Of a stretch of 64,000 nucleotides of DNA, positions 37,647-46,576 are shown one piece after another. The notes beneath the pieces are model-generated. The model worked only from the letters and a program-made list of their open reading frames with translations. It did not search any database and was not told where the DNA came from. A program made the position numbers and the translations under genes. Each line of letters begins with the position of its first letter. Within the stretch, counting starts at the first letter, position 1. The stretch comes from Desulfobacterales bacterium (GTDB lineage Bacteria > Desulfobacterota > Desulfobacteria > Desulfobacterales > UBA5852): contig CAXXVS010000003.1 of the NCBI GenBank assembly GCA_963674755.2, positions 2,048,001-2,112,000 of the forward strand, given 5' to 3'.

Positions 37647-39263
37647 TCATTCCTGAAAAAGACGCGCAATCTCATCCACTTCAAATTCCGGCCAACCGGC
37701 AGGTTCGCCGTCCTGGTAGGCGACAACCCCCTGGCCGGGGTTCTGGACCTCCCCAATGAGGGCGGCGGCGATGCCCTGATCGTTGATGGCCCGCCGCAGG
37801 CCGTCGGCTGCTTCAGACCGACAGACGATCAGCAACGAACCCGAACCGATCAGTCCCAAAGGCTCAATATCCAAGGCGGCACAGATACGGGCGGTGGGCG
37901 GCAGCAGCGGGATGCGGTCCAGATGAATAGCGATGGCATGACCGCCGGCCGCACTCAATTCGCTGAGCGCCGTGGCGAGCCCCCCTTCGGTGACGTCGTG
38001 CATGGCGCTGACCCCGGCCGTGGCCCGTGCGATGGCCGCTTCGGGCAGGATGCTGATGTGATCCTCCAGCGCACGCCCGGCGGCGAGTTCCGCATCGCCG
38101 AGACCCGCGGCCTTGAGGCGTTCGGCAAAGGCGTGGGCGATGATGGCCGTGCCCTCCACTGCCACGCCCTTGGTCAAAAGGATGCGATCCCCCGGTCGTA
38201 TGCTTTTTTTGTCGATGAGATCCGCGCGTTCCATGGCGGCCCCCAAGGTGCCCACCACCACCGGCCGTCGGACCGCATCGGTGATTTCGGTATGACCACC
38301 GCACAGGGTGATGCCCCAGGCCGTGCAGGCCTGATGGATATCGGTCATGACCTGGACAATCTGGGAAGGGGTCGATCCGGCGGGAAACAGCAGGGTCGTC
38401 ATGAGCCACTGGGGGACGGCGCCTGCGGTGGCAATATCGTTGGCATTGATCAGCACGGTGTAGGTGCCGATCCGGTCGGTGACAAAGGTGATGGGGTCCG
38501 AGGTCACCACCAGGGTGTCCCGGCCGGTCATATCGATGGCGGCCGTGTCTTCCCCGATGCCCGGTTTGATCAGGAAGCGCGGATCGTCCTGGTTCAGGTG
38601 GCCGAAAAACTCTTCCAGCAGATCGCTGGGGAATTTGCCGTTGGGCAGGGGCAGCCCGCCGCGTACGATCTTGACGATAGCGTTCAGGGAGGCCGCCCGG
38701 AAATCGCAAACGATGTGGCCCTCCGGATCCGTGCGGCCCTCGTCCAGCAGGGCGGTCAAGGCGCCGGCCCGCCGGCCGGCATCCATATCAAAATGAAAAT
38801 CCCCCACGACGAGAACCGTCTGCGGTGCGATCTGCAGCCGCTCGGCGGCCAGCAGGACACCGTCCGGGTGGGGTTTGGGGCGCACGGGGTCGTCGCGGGT
38901 AATCACCACATCGAAATCGTCGATGGTGAGATCGGAGAACTGCTCCAGGGCCGTTACCACCGAGGCCCGGCTGTTGCGGGTGATGATGCCGATGGGCAGC
39001 TGGCGCTCTTTCAGGAAGTGAAGGAGGTGCCGGACACCGCCGTTGGGATGGGAGCGTCGCGCCGCTTCAAGCTCCATGGCATTGAGCACCGCGTGGGCTT
39101 CGGCCTGGCGTGCGTCGTCGCGGAGGCTGCCGATGAATTCCAGAATGGCTTGGTCCGGGGGGCAGCCAATGGATCGTTTGACCGCCTGGAAATCAATGGC
39201 ACCCGGTTTGGTCAGGGTGCCGTCAAAGTCAAAAAGCACGGCTTTTACCCGATAAGCTTGCAT
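37647..39263 (-). CDS. HAD phosphatase - AIR synthase-related (PurM/HypE-like) fusion
   Basis: FDFDGTL, TRN, KPHPDG, VGDFHFD, followed by GEDTA, SDPIT, NANDIAT, GGHTE, MHDVTEGG, GSGSLL. Confidence 0.85.
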   Translation of the reverse strand: MQAYRVKAVLFDFDGTLTKPGAIDFQAVKRSIGCPPDQAILEFIGSLRDDARQAEAHAVLNAMELEAARRSHPNGGVRHLLHFLKERQLPIGIITRNSRASVVTALEQFSDLTIDDFDVVITRDDPVRPKPHPDGVLLAAERLQIAPQTVLVVGDFHFDMDAGRRAGALTALLDEGRTDPEGHIVCDFRAASLNAIVKIVRGGLPLPNGKFPSDLLEEFFGHLNQDDPRFLIKPGIGEDTAAIDMTGRDTLVVTSDPITFVTDRIGTYTVLINANDIATAGAVPQWLMTTLLFPAGSTPSQIVQVMTDIHQACTAWGITLCGGHTEITDAVRRPVVVGTLGAAMERADLIDKKSIRPGDRILLTKGVAVEGTAIIAHAFAERLKAAGLGDAELAAGRALEDHISILPEAAIARATAGVSAMHDVTEGGLATALSELSAAGGHAIAIHLDRIPLLPPTARICAALDIEPLGLIGSGSLLIVCRSEAADGLRRAINDQGIAAALIGEVQNPGQGVVAYQDGEPAGWPEFEVDEIARLFQE

Positions 39264-39391
39264 TTTCCAGTCCACAACTTGCCATTCGGCCATTGTCGTT
39301 AGGAGCGCTATCCAGGCCGCGGCACTGCGCCGAGTCCGGTCGTCAAAACGAGGGTCGTTTTAGTGGCGACCCAAGCATCTGTCAAGCGGAT

Positions 39392-40672
39392 TCAGCCGGC
39401 CGGCGGCCTGTCCTGGGGCGACAACGTATCCGGATCGTAGACCTGAGTGGCCAGGTAGTCTTCCAGGCGTTGGGCGCGGCGGATCAGCTCCACGGTGCCG
39501 TCGGCGTTGAGCAACAGCTCTTTGGGCTGCAGCCGTCCGTTGTAGGTAAAGCCCATGGCTTGACCGTGGGCGCCCGTATCGTGGATCACCAGCAGGTCGT
39601 TTTCCCGGATCTCCGGCAGCGGCCGCTGGATGGCAAACTTGTCGTTGTTCTCGCAGAGGGCCCCCACCACGTCCACCACCCGGACAGGGGTGTCATGGTT
39701 GCGGCCCGGAACGGTAATATGATGGTAGGCGCCGTACATGCCGGGACGCATGAGGGACGACATGCAGGCATCGACCCCCACGTATTCCCGATAGATGGAT
39801 TTGTGGTTGATGGCCTGTGTGACGAGTACCCCGTGGGGACCGGTCATGAAACGACCGCATTCCATGGCCAGGCCGGGCCGGTAGCCGTTGACCGATTGAA
39901 AGGCCTGGAAGAGGTCTTCCACGTCGGCGGCCAGGGCGTCCAGGTTGAAAATGGCCTGGTCGGGCTGGTAGGGAATGCCGATCCCGCCGCCGATGTTGAC
40001 GAATTCGAACTGAATGCCGGTGCGGCGTCCGACCCGGGCGGCGATGTCCAGGATCATGCGGGTGGTTTCCACGATATTGCGGTAGTCCAGTTCGTTGGAG
40101 GCGATCATGGTGTGAAGCCCGAATCGTCGCGCGCCGCGCTGGATGGCCAGCTGGTAGGCGTTCACGATCTGCTCGTGGCTGACCCCGTATTTGGATTCCG
40201 CCGGGTTGCCGATAATGGCGTTGCCGGTGCGCCGGGGACCGGGATTGTAGCGGAAGGAGATGAGGTCCGGAAAGGGATCCAGCTTGTCCACCAGGGAGAT
40301 ATCGTCCAGGTTGATGATGCTGCTGCCCTCGGCCAGGGCGGCCGCGAATTCTTCGCGCGTCGTATTGTTGGAAGTGAACATGATGGCCTCCCCCCGCCCT
40401 CCGGCCATGCGCGCCAGGACCAGTTCGGGGATGGAGCTGCAGTCGAACCCGAAGCCCATCGCCTGCATGATCTTCAGGATGCGCAGATTGGGTAGCGCCT
40501 TGACGGCGAAATATTCGCGGAACGCGGCATGGGTCTTGAAGGCCTCGATCAGGTGGCGGCCGGTTTCCCGGATGCCGATTTCGTCATAGATGTGAAACGG
40601 TGTTCCGAAGTGCTCCGCGATGTCGTTCAGAGCAGGGTAGAGACGGTTTTGGAAATCGGCTGACATGGGCAT
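39392..40672 (-). CDS. lysA: Diaminopimelate decarboxylase
   Basis: GTPFHIYDE, FAVKA, ESKYG, NIGGGIG, ECGRFM, RPGMYGAYH, LCENND, GFTYNG. Confidence 0.9.
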   Translation of the reverse strand: MPMSADFQNRLYPALNDIAEHFGTPFHIYDEIGIRETGRHLIEAFKTHAAFREYFAVKALPNLRILKIMQAMGFGFDCSSIPELVLARMAGGRGEAIMFTSNNTTREEFAAALAEGSSIINLDDISLVDKLDPFPDLISFRYNPGPRRTGNAIIGNPAESKYGVSHEQIVNAYQLAIQRGARRFGLHTMIASNELDYRNIVETTRMILDIAARVGRRTGIQFEFVNIGGGIGIPYQPDQAIFNLDALAADVEDLFQAFQSVNGYRPGLAMECGRFMTGPHGVLVTQAINHKSIYREYVGVDACMSSLMRPGMYGAYHHITVPGRNHDTPVRVVDVVGALCENNDKFAIQRPLPEIRENDLLVIHDTGAHGQAMGFTYNGRLQPKELLLNADGTVELIRRAQRLEDYLATQVYDPDTLSPQDRPPAG

Positions 40673-40729
40673 GGCGCAACCCCTTTCTTACAATTCTTTC
40701 AAACGGCGGCGCGCAGGCCGCCGGCAAGG

Positions 40730-40757
40730 GCTGCCACGCTTGCCAAAGCGTGGCAGC
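40730..40757. terminator. Strong hairpin between the Lrp gene and lysA
   Basis: GCTGCCACGCTT-GCCA-AAGCGTGGCAGC; no clear U-tract. Confidence 0.35.
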
Positions 40758-40806
40758 AGGTTGTAGCAGACAAAATGCGATTTATCCATCATGACCGCAA
40801 AAGGCC

Positions 40807-41268
40807 CTATTCCTCCGCACCGATGGGGATCATGGCCGTTTCCTTGAGGGTGGACAGGACCACATGGGTGCAGGTCTGCGCGATGCCGTCGATGGCGCCG
40901 ATCTCCTCCTGCAGCAGGCGGTTCAACGCTTCGGGATCGGCCACCCGCAGCTTGACCAGAAACCGGTCCGGTCCGGCAATGAAATGGATCTCCTGGATGG
41001 CCGCAATCCGGGACAGAGCGTCGGCCACCGCGGTGCGAAAGGCCGGCCCGCGGGTTTCGACAAAGACGAAGGCTACCAGGGCGCGGTTGAAACGCCGGGG
41101 GTTCAAGCGGACCTCATAGCCATCGATGTAGCCCTGGCTTTCCAGCTTGCGGATGCGTTCCAGGACGGCGGAAGGGGCCATGTTCACCTGGCGGGCCACC
41201 TCTACATTGGGGATGCGGGCCTTGCGCTGCAGTATGCTGAGAATTTCATAGCCAATGTCGTCGATCAT
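40807..41268 (-). CDS. Lrp/AsnC family transcriptional regulator
   Basis: ARIPNVEVARQVNMAPSAVLERIRKLE..IDGY. Confidence 0.92.
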   Translation of the reverse strand: MIDDIGYEILSILQRKARIPNVEVARQVNMAPSAVLERIRKLESQGYIDGYEVRLNPRRFNRALVAFVFVETRGPAFRTAVADALSRIAAIQEIHFIAGPDRFLVKLRVADPEALNRLLQEEIGAIDGIAQTCTHVVLSTLKETAMIPIGAEE

Positions 41269-41292
41269 TCTTTATATCTCCAAATTGAACGT

Positions 41293-41334
41293 AAAATATT
41301 TATAAATATTTATTATGTCAAGAACAATATTCTG
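41293..41334 (-). promoter_or_regulatory. Sigma70 promoter of the Lrp gene with palindrome and Lrp-box-like site
   Basis: TTGACA-N17-TATTTT; 18-bp palindrome 41294-41311; CAGAATATTGTTCTT at 41320-41334. Confidence 0.55.
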
Positions 41335-41507
41335 TAATATTGAAAAATAAAAGAACATATGGCCGGGAGCGGCTTGATGTGCTTTAAGCGACCGAACAGA
41401 TTGCGCTTTTCCGCAGGAATGGTATGGTGGCGTCCTGTTGTGGGCCCTTTAATGGCCTTTCCGGGGGCGCTGTCGGGCGTTCGGCCAACAAGATGGGACA
41501 GATCGGT

Positions 41508-43205
41508 ATGAGCGCACGAAAATGGAAAATTCTTTTCATTTATCCGCCGTTTCTCGCGCCGCGCATCCACGCGGACGAGATCCGCGCCCTGCCAATGGGC
41601 CTCTATCATGTCGCGGCGGCCATGAAAGCCGCGGGCCACGAGGTGACCCTGCTCAACCTCAACGACCATCGGCCTGGCATGGATCAGGTCATGCAGATGA
41701 TCCGGGAATTCCAGCCGAAGGTGGTGGGTTTTTCGATCTTAAATGCCAACCGCTGGGGCGGGATCGATCTGGCCCGACGGATCAAGGCGCTGGATGCGGG
41801 CATCGTCACGGTTTTCGGCGGGATCGGGGCCAGCACGCTCTGGGAGCATTTGCTGACCCACTTCGAAGCCATTGATTACGTGGTGATCGGGGAGGGGGAA
41901 AACACCTTCAAGGGTCTCGTACACTGTCTCGCCAACCAGGGCGGGGCGGACATCGACCGGTTGGGGGGGCTGGCCTTCCGCCGGGACGGGCGGCCCGTGC
42001 GGACCCCGTGCGATCCCTTTATCGAAGATCTCGATCACCTGCCGGATCCTTCGCGCTACTTCACCTACCAGCACCTCTCGCTGACACGGGGCTGCCCCGC
42101 CGATTGCCGTTTTTGCGGTTCGCCAGGGTTCTGGGGCCGCCGGGTGCGCTGGCATTCCCCGGCCTACTTTGTCGATCAGATCGAGCGCCTGGCCTCCCGG
42201 GGGGTATCCTTCTTTTATTTCTCCGACGATACGTTCACCCTGCGCAAGCAAAGCGTGCTGGCGGTGTGCCGCGCCATCATCGAGCGAGGGCTCGCGATCC
42301 ACTGGGCGGCCATATCCCGGGTGGACACCGTGGACGAGGAAATCCTGCGCTGGATGCGCCGGGCCGGGTGCATCCAGATCAGCTACGGCATCGAAAGCGC
42401 CAATGCCGAGGTACGCCGGTTTCTGGACAAACGCATCAAGATCGAAGACGTCCAGGCCGCTTTTGCGGCCACCCGCCGCTGCGGTATCCTGCCGCGGGCT
42501 TACTTTATTTACGGCTGCCCCGGCGACAATGAGAAGACCATGCAGGAGGCGCTCGACCTGATGCGGGCGATCAAACCTTTGGGGGCCATTTTTTACATTC
42601 TCGATATTTTCCCGGGCACGCGGCTCTACGATGATTACCGGGCCCGCACCGGCCGGACGGACGATCTCTGGCTGGCGCCCATCGAAGATATGCTCTATTT
42701 TGAAACCGATCCTGCCATGGATAAGGAAACCGTGCTGGCGCAGGGACGCATGCTGCGCGACGGCTTTCATAAGCTGCTGCCGACGTTTGCCGAAGATCTC
42801 GAACTGCTGGACGACCCGGAGTTCTACCCCCTGCATGCCGATTTTCTCTCCCGGCTGGCCATGACCTTTCATCGGGGAGACTATGCCCGCATTGCGGCCA
42901 TTCCGGACAAGCACCAAACAGCCGAAAAGCTTTACCGGCGTGCGCTGACCTATGCGCCGGACGCCCGTGCTTTTCTGGGCCTGGGGATGCTGTGCCAGGA
43001 GCGTGGCGCTTACGCCGCGGCCGCCGAAATTCTGATGCGCGGACTCGAACAGCATCCGGGCGACGTCGAGCTGCAAACCTGTGCGGCGCTCAACGATATG
43101 AACCAGGGCGCTTACGGCCAGGCCCTCGAACGCCTGCTGCAGCTGGAGGCAACCCCTCAAGTCCGCCAGTGGATCGACCATTGTCAGGCGGCTGTCGGTT
43201 CCTGA
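41508..43205 (+). CDS. B12-binding radical SAM protein with C-terminal TPR
   Basis: PMGLYHVAA, VIGEGE, TRGCPADCRFC, DDTF, YGIES. Confidence 0.88.
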   Translation: MSARKWKILFIYPPFLAPRIHADEIRALPMGLYHVAAAMKAAGHEVTLLNLNDHRPGMDQVMQMIREFQPKVVGFSILNANRWGGIDLARRIKALDAGIVTVFGGIGASTLWEHLLTHFEAIDYVVIGEGENTFKGLVHCLANQGGADIDRLGGLAFRRDGRPVRTPCDPFIEDLDHLPDPSRYFTYQHLSLTRGCPADCRFCGSPGFWGRRVRWHSPAYFVDQIERLASRGVSFFYFSDDTFTLRKQSVLAVCRAIIERGLAIHWAAISRVDTVDEEILRWMRRAGCIQISYGIESANAEVRRFLDKRIKIEDVQAAFAATRRCGILPRAYFIYGCPGDNEKTMQEALDLMRAIKPLGAIFYILDIFPGTRLYDDYRARTGRTDDLWLAPIEDMLYFETDPAMDKETVLAQGRMLRDGFHKLLPTFAEDLELLDDPEFYPLHADFLSRLAMTFHRGDYARIAAIPDKHQTAEKLYRRALTYAPDARAFLGLGMLCQERGAYAAAAEILMRGLEQHPGDVELQTCAALNDMNQGAYGQALERLLQLEATPQVRQWIDHCQAAVGS

Positions 43206-43222
43206 GAACAGGGGGAAGGGGC

Positions 43223-44233
43223 ATGGCCTTGCAGGAAAACATTTCACTCAAACCTTACAACACCATGGGGGTGGAGGCCCGGGCACGGTTTTTTCTGCCG
43301 GTCGCCAGCCGGGAAGGGCTGGCGGACGCCCTGGCCGATATCCCTTCCGGGCAGCGCCTGCTGGTTTTGGGCGGGGGCAGCAATATCCTTTTTACCCGGG
43401 ATTTCGACGGGCTGGTGTTGAAAAACCAGATCGAGGGATGCGAGGTGCTGGCGGAGGATCGGCAGCATGTCCGGATCCGGGCCGGGAGCGGTGCGGACTG
43501 GCATACGTTTGTGTGCTGGTGTCTGCGGCAGGGCTATTACGGGCTCGAGAATCTGTCGCTCATCCCAGGGACGGTGGGAGCGGCCCCGGTGCAAAATATC
43601 GGCGCCTATGGGGTCGAGGCGGGCACGACGATCGAAGCGGTGGAGGCCATCGACCTGCAAAACGGCATGCGCCGCAGCTTCGCAGCCGAAGCCTGTCGGT
43701 TCGCTTACCGCTACAGCATTTTCAAGGGCCCCTGCCGGGACCGGTTTTTTATCACCGCCGTGACCTTCCGCCTGTCCAAAACGCCTCATCTGGCAACTTC
43801 CTATGCCGATGTCCGGCAGGCCCTCGCCCAAAGGTCTTCGGGGGTGACGGCCCAGGAGCTGAGCGACATCATCTGCGCCATCCGGCGGCACAAGCTGCCC
43901 GACCCGCAAGACCTTCCCAATGCCGGCAGTTTCTTCAAAAACCCGGTGGTCGCCCGTCAGCGTTACCAGCACCTGGCCGCACGCTTCCCCGGCCTGCCGT
44001 CCTATCCGGTGGACGATGCGACCGTTAAAATCGCGGCCGGATGGATGATCGACTACTGCGGCTGGAAAGGCCGCCGCCGGGGCTCCTGCGGCGTCTATGC
44101 CAAACAGGCCCTGGTACTGGTGAATTACGGCGGCGCCACCGGCCGTGAGATCCTGGATTTGGCCGAAACGGTGCAGGACGCCGTCGAAGCCCTATTCGGC
44201 ATCCGGCTGGAGCCCGAGCCCTTGATCCTTTAA
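43223..44233 (+). CDS. murB: UDP-N-acetylmuramate dehydrogenase
   Basis: LGGGSNIL, GLENLSLIPGTVGAAPVQNIGAYG, YRYSIFK, NAGSFFKNP, QALVLVN. Confidence 0.93.
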   Translation: MALQENISLKPYNTMGVEARARFFLPVASREGLADALADIPSGQRLLVLGGGSNILFTRDFDGLVLKNQIEGCEVLAEDRQHVRIRAGSGADWHTFVCWCLRQGYYGLENLSLIPGTVGAAPVQNIGAYGVEAGTTIEAVEAIDLQNGMRRSFAAEACRFAYRYSIFKGPCRDRFFITAVTFRLSKTPHLATSYADVRQALAQRSSGVTAQELSDIICAIRRHKLPDPQDLPNAGSFFKNPVVARQRYQHLAARFPGLPSYPVDDATVKIAAGWMIDYCGWKGRRRGSCGVYAKQALVLVNYGGATGREILDLAETVQDAVEALFGIRLEPEPLIL

Positions 44234-44384
44234 TCTCTCCTCGGGCACGGTGCGCGCGCTGCCATGGCGGTGTTTTTAGCCGTGCCGGCCCGATTGACTT
44301 ATCCGCCCCCGATGCGCATTATGTGCGCAATGACCCCACAGCGGTTCAACCGTTTGCAGGATAAATTGAAAAAGGAGAGATCAG

Positions 44385-44921
44385 ATGATCAGCGAGAAAA
44401 TGAATGCGGCCTTGAATGCCCAGGTGACCAAGGAGATGTATTCGGCCTACCTTTACATGGCCATGTCCTCCTACAGCAATTCCATCGGGCTCAAAGGCTT
44501 TGCCAAATGGTTCATGGTCCAATACCATGAGGAGATGTTTCACGCCATGAAGATGTATGAATACATCCACAGTCAGGGCGGCGCCGTCGTCCTCAAGGCC
44601 ATCGACGAGCCCCCGGCCGCCTTCGAAGGGCCGTTGGACATGTTCACCAAGACCCTGGCCCACGAACAAATGGTGACCCGCTCCATCAACGATCTCATGG
44701 AAATCGCCATCAGCGAAAAAGACCACGCCACGCAGATTTTCCTGCACTGGTACGTGACCGAACAAATTGAAGAAGAAGAAAACGACAACGACATCATCCA
44801 GCAGCTCAAGCTGATCCAGGAGCATCCCCAGGGCCTGCTGATGCTCGACCGTGACCTGGCCCAGCGCACGGCGACGGTCCCCCTCGATTTCAGTCAGGGC
44901 GTTTCCGGCGGCAGTGCCTGA
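44385..44921 (+). CDS. ftnA: Non-haem ferritin
   Basis: EMYSAYLY, EEMFHAMK, HEQMVT, WYVTEQIEEE; AAGGAG RBS. Confidence 0.93.
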   Translation: MISEKMNAALNAQVTKEMYSAYLYMAMSSYSNSIGLKGFAKWFMVQYHEEMFHAMKMYEYIHSQGGAVVLKAIDEPPAAFEGPLDMFTKTLAHEQMVTRSINDLMEIAISEKDHATQIFLHWYVTEQIEEEENDNDIIQQLKLIQEHPQGLLMLDRDLAQRTATVPLDFSQGVSGGSA

Positions 44922-45135
44922 TAACCCGAGACGGCTTTTTTCCCTCTATAAACACATCCTGGATGCCGGCCAAGAACGGTCGGCATCCAAGGCCTTCTTC
45001 CCCCACCCATCCCAGCGGACTTCCTGATTTTCCTATGACGGGTCAAGATCCATCCCCTTCAATGTTTAGGTTGCCCCGTGTTTGCAAAGGCTTGCCAGCC
45101 GTATGGCGCGATTCCTGGAAGGCGATCATAAATAT

Positions 45136-45249
45136 GCGGCAATAGTGTCGCGATACGCGGCATATGAATACAAATAATTTTATCAATAATCTCAATGTGT
45201 TGGCATTGAGCAGAGGAGACAGCCGCGGCAATATTGCCGCGGCTGTCTC
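45136..45249. promoter_or_regulatory. Candidate enhancer (bEBP) sites GCGGCA-N4-TGYCGC x2
   Basis: Sites at 45136-45151 and 45225-45240, the second inside a perfect 34-bp palindrome 45216-45249. Confidence 0.55.
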
Positions 45250-45314
45250 TTTTAAATTGGCTTCATAAGTAAAAATTATTAATAAAATCAGATAGTAAAA
45301 ATAATTTTTAGATT

Positions 45315-45330
45315 TGGCATCATGCTTGCT
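45315..45330 (+). promoter_or_regulatory. Sigma54 -24/-12 promoter
   Basis: TGGCATCATGCTTGCT preceded by an AT-rich tract. Confidence 0.75.
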
Positions 45331-45371
45331 CTAAGTCAGGGCAAGAATCAATTCGTTTCAGGAAAACAGAG

Positions 45372-45824
45372 GTGTCTATGCTCAGGGTCTTGATGATTGA
45401 TTCTCTGCCGGAACAAAGCTCGCTCATCGGGGGCATGCTTAAAGACTGGGGTCATTCGGTGACGGTCGTATCGAGCGGCGCCAAAGCGTTGGCGGATGGT
45501 ACGCGAAAGACTTGGCAGCTTGTGTTTATCGGTCTGGAAAAATTATCGATGGAGGGTATGGAATGGATTGCCCGCATGCGACGCACATGGCCCGGGGCTT
45601 TGCTGATTGTGATCGGCGATTTGGATCAGCCGGATTTCGAACGTCAGGTGCGAACCCAGGGGATAGATTTCTATTTGCAGAAAGCCAGTGATTTGCCCCG
45701 GCTGAAAATTCTTATGCAGCATTTCGAAAACAAATGCTTCTGCCCAAAGGACGTTTCTGAAAATTGGCCGAAGACCATGACGTCCGATGGGCAAAACCTC
45801 TTCAACCGAAAGGAGAAACGATGA
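45372..45824 (+). CDS. Atypical single-domain response regulator (pseudo-receiver)
   Basis: CheY-like pattern RVLMIDS..LVFIGL..EGMEW..FYLQK; acceptor Asp replaced by Gly. Confidence 0.7.
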   Translation: MSMLRVLMIDSLPEQSSLIGGMLKDWGHSVTVVSSGAKALADGTRKTWQLVFIGLEKLSMEGMEWIARMRRTWPGALLIVIGDLDQPDFERQVRTQGIDFYLQKASDLPRLKILMQHFENKCFCPKDVSENWPKTMTSDGQNLFNRKEKR

Positions 45825-46114
45825 AAAGGCATATGACGGTTGTGATGATTGTGGTTGTTTGGGCAATGTGTGCCGCCTTTGTGGTGGGTTGCGCCGGAAG
45901 CTACGGCACCTGGGACGAACAATGGTACAGCGAGCATCCCATGACCCAGGAGGAGGTCATCGCCCACTGGGGGCCGCCGGAGAAGATCATTTCCAATGAC
46001 GATGGCATGCAGGAACTGGTCTATCAACGCGCCTTTCCGCCGGGTGGTGCCAAAGCCCGCTTTGTCTACATGGTCAAAGATGGGAAGGTGATCAAGGAGT
46101 GCTGGAAGCATTAG
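45821..46114 (+). CDS. Small lipoprotein
   Basis: AAGGAG RBS; lipobox VVGC; MTQEEVIAHWGPP resembles SmpA/OmlA-like motifs. Confidence 0.75.
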   Translation: MKRHMTVVMIVVVWAMCAAFVVGCAGSYGTWDEQWYSEHPMTQEEVIAHWGPPEKIISNDDGMQELVYQRAFPPGGAKARFVYMVKDGKVIKECWKH

Positions 46115-46265
46115 CAGCGGAAAGGGCCGTGGCTCACAGGGCCATCGGCCTCTAAACGGCAGAACGCTACCCCCCTGGTTATGACACAAAGTCCCTTCTC
46201 CGGCCGGCTTTCAGGGCCGGCCGGAGAAGATCCCGTCCCCTGCCGCAGCCCCTCTTGCCACTAAA

Positions 46266-46413
46266 TAGTGCCCATCCATAAATGGCATCTTTTGGCCCCT
46301 GGCGGCGTTCTCGCCTCCTGTCGGTCCTCGGCGTAGCCCAAGCTACGCCTGCGGGCGCCAGTCGGCGGCGGCCTTGCCAGGAACCAAAATCTACCATCTC
46401 TGGATGGGCACTA
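46266..46413. repeat. MITE/REPIN-like structured repeat, copy 4
   Basis: Perfect 13-bp TIR TAGTGCCCATCCA/TGGATGGGCACTA; inner hairpin GGCGTAGC-CCAA-GCTACGCC. Confidence 0.9.
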
Positions 46414-46576
46414 AATAAGGATTGCCATTCGCCCCTATTCCCGATTATGTTCCCCCTGTCCGGCAGCCCCGGCCCCAATCGCAGGTTTTGATTGCGGGCT
46501 GAAACCGTGGGCCGCCCCCCCAACGATGATCCCTGCGCTTCCGGAGCTTCCGGGAGCCCGATGAAGGTGCCCGATC

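Noticed and set aside
40673..40806. Lysine riboswitch upstream of lysA
   Set aside because: The region is too short and lacks the conserved aptamer motifs
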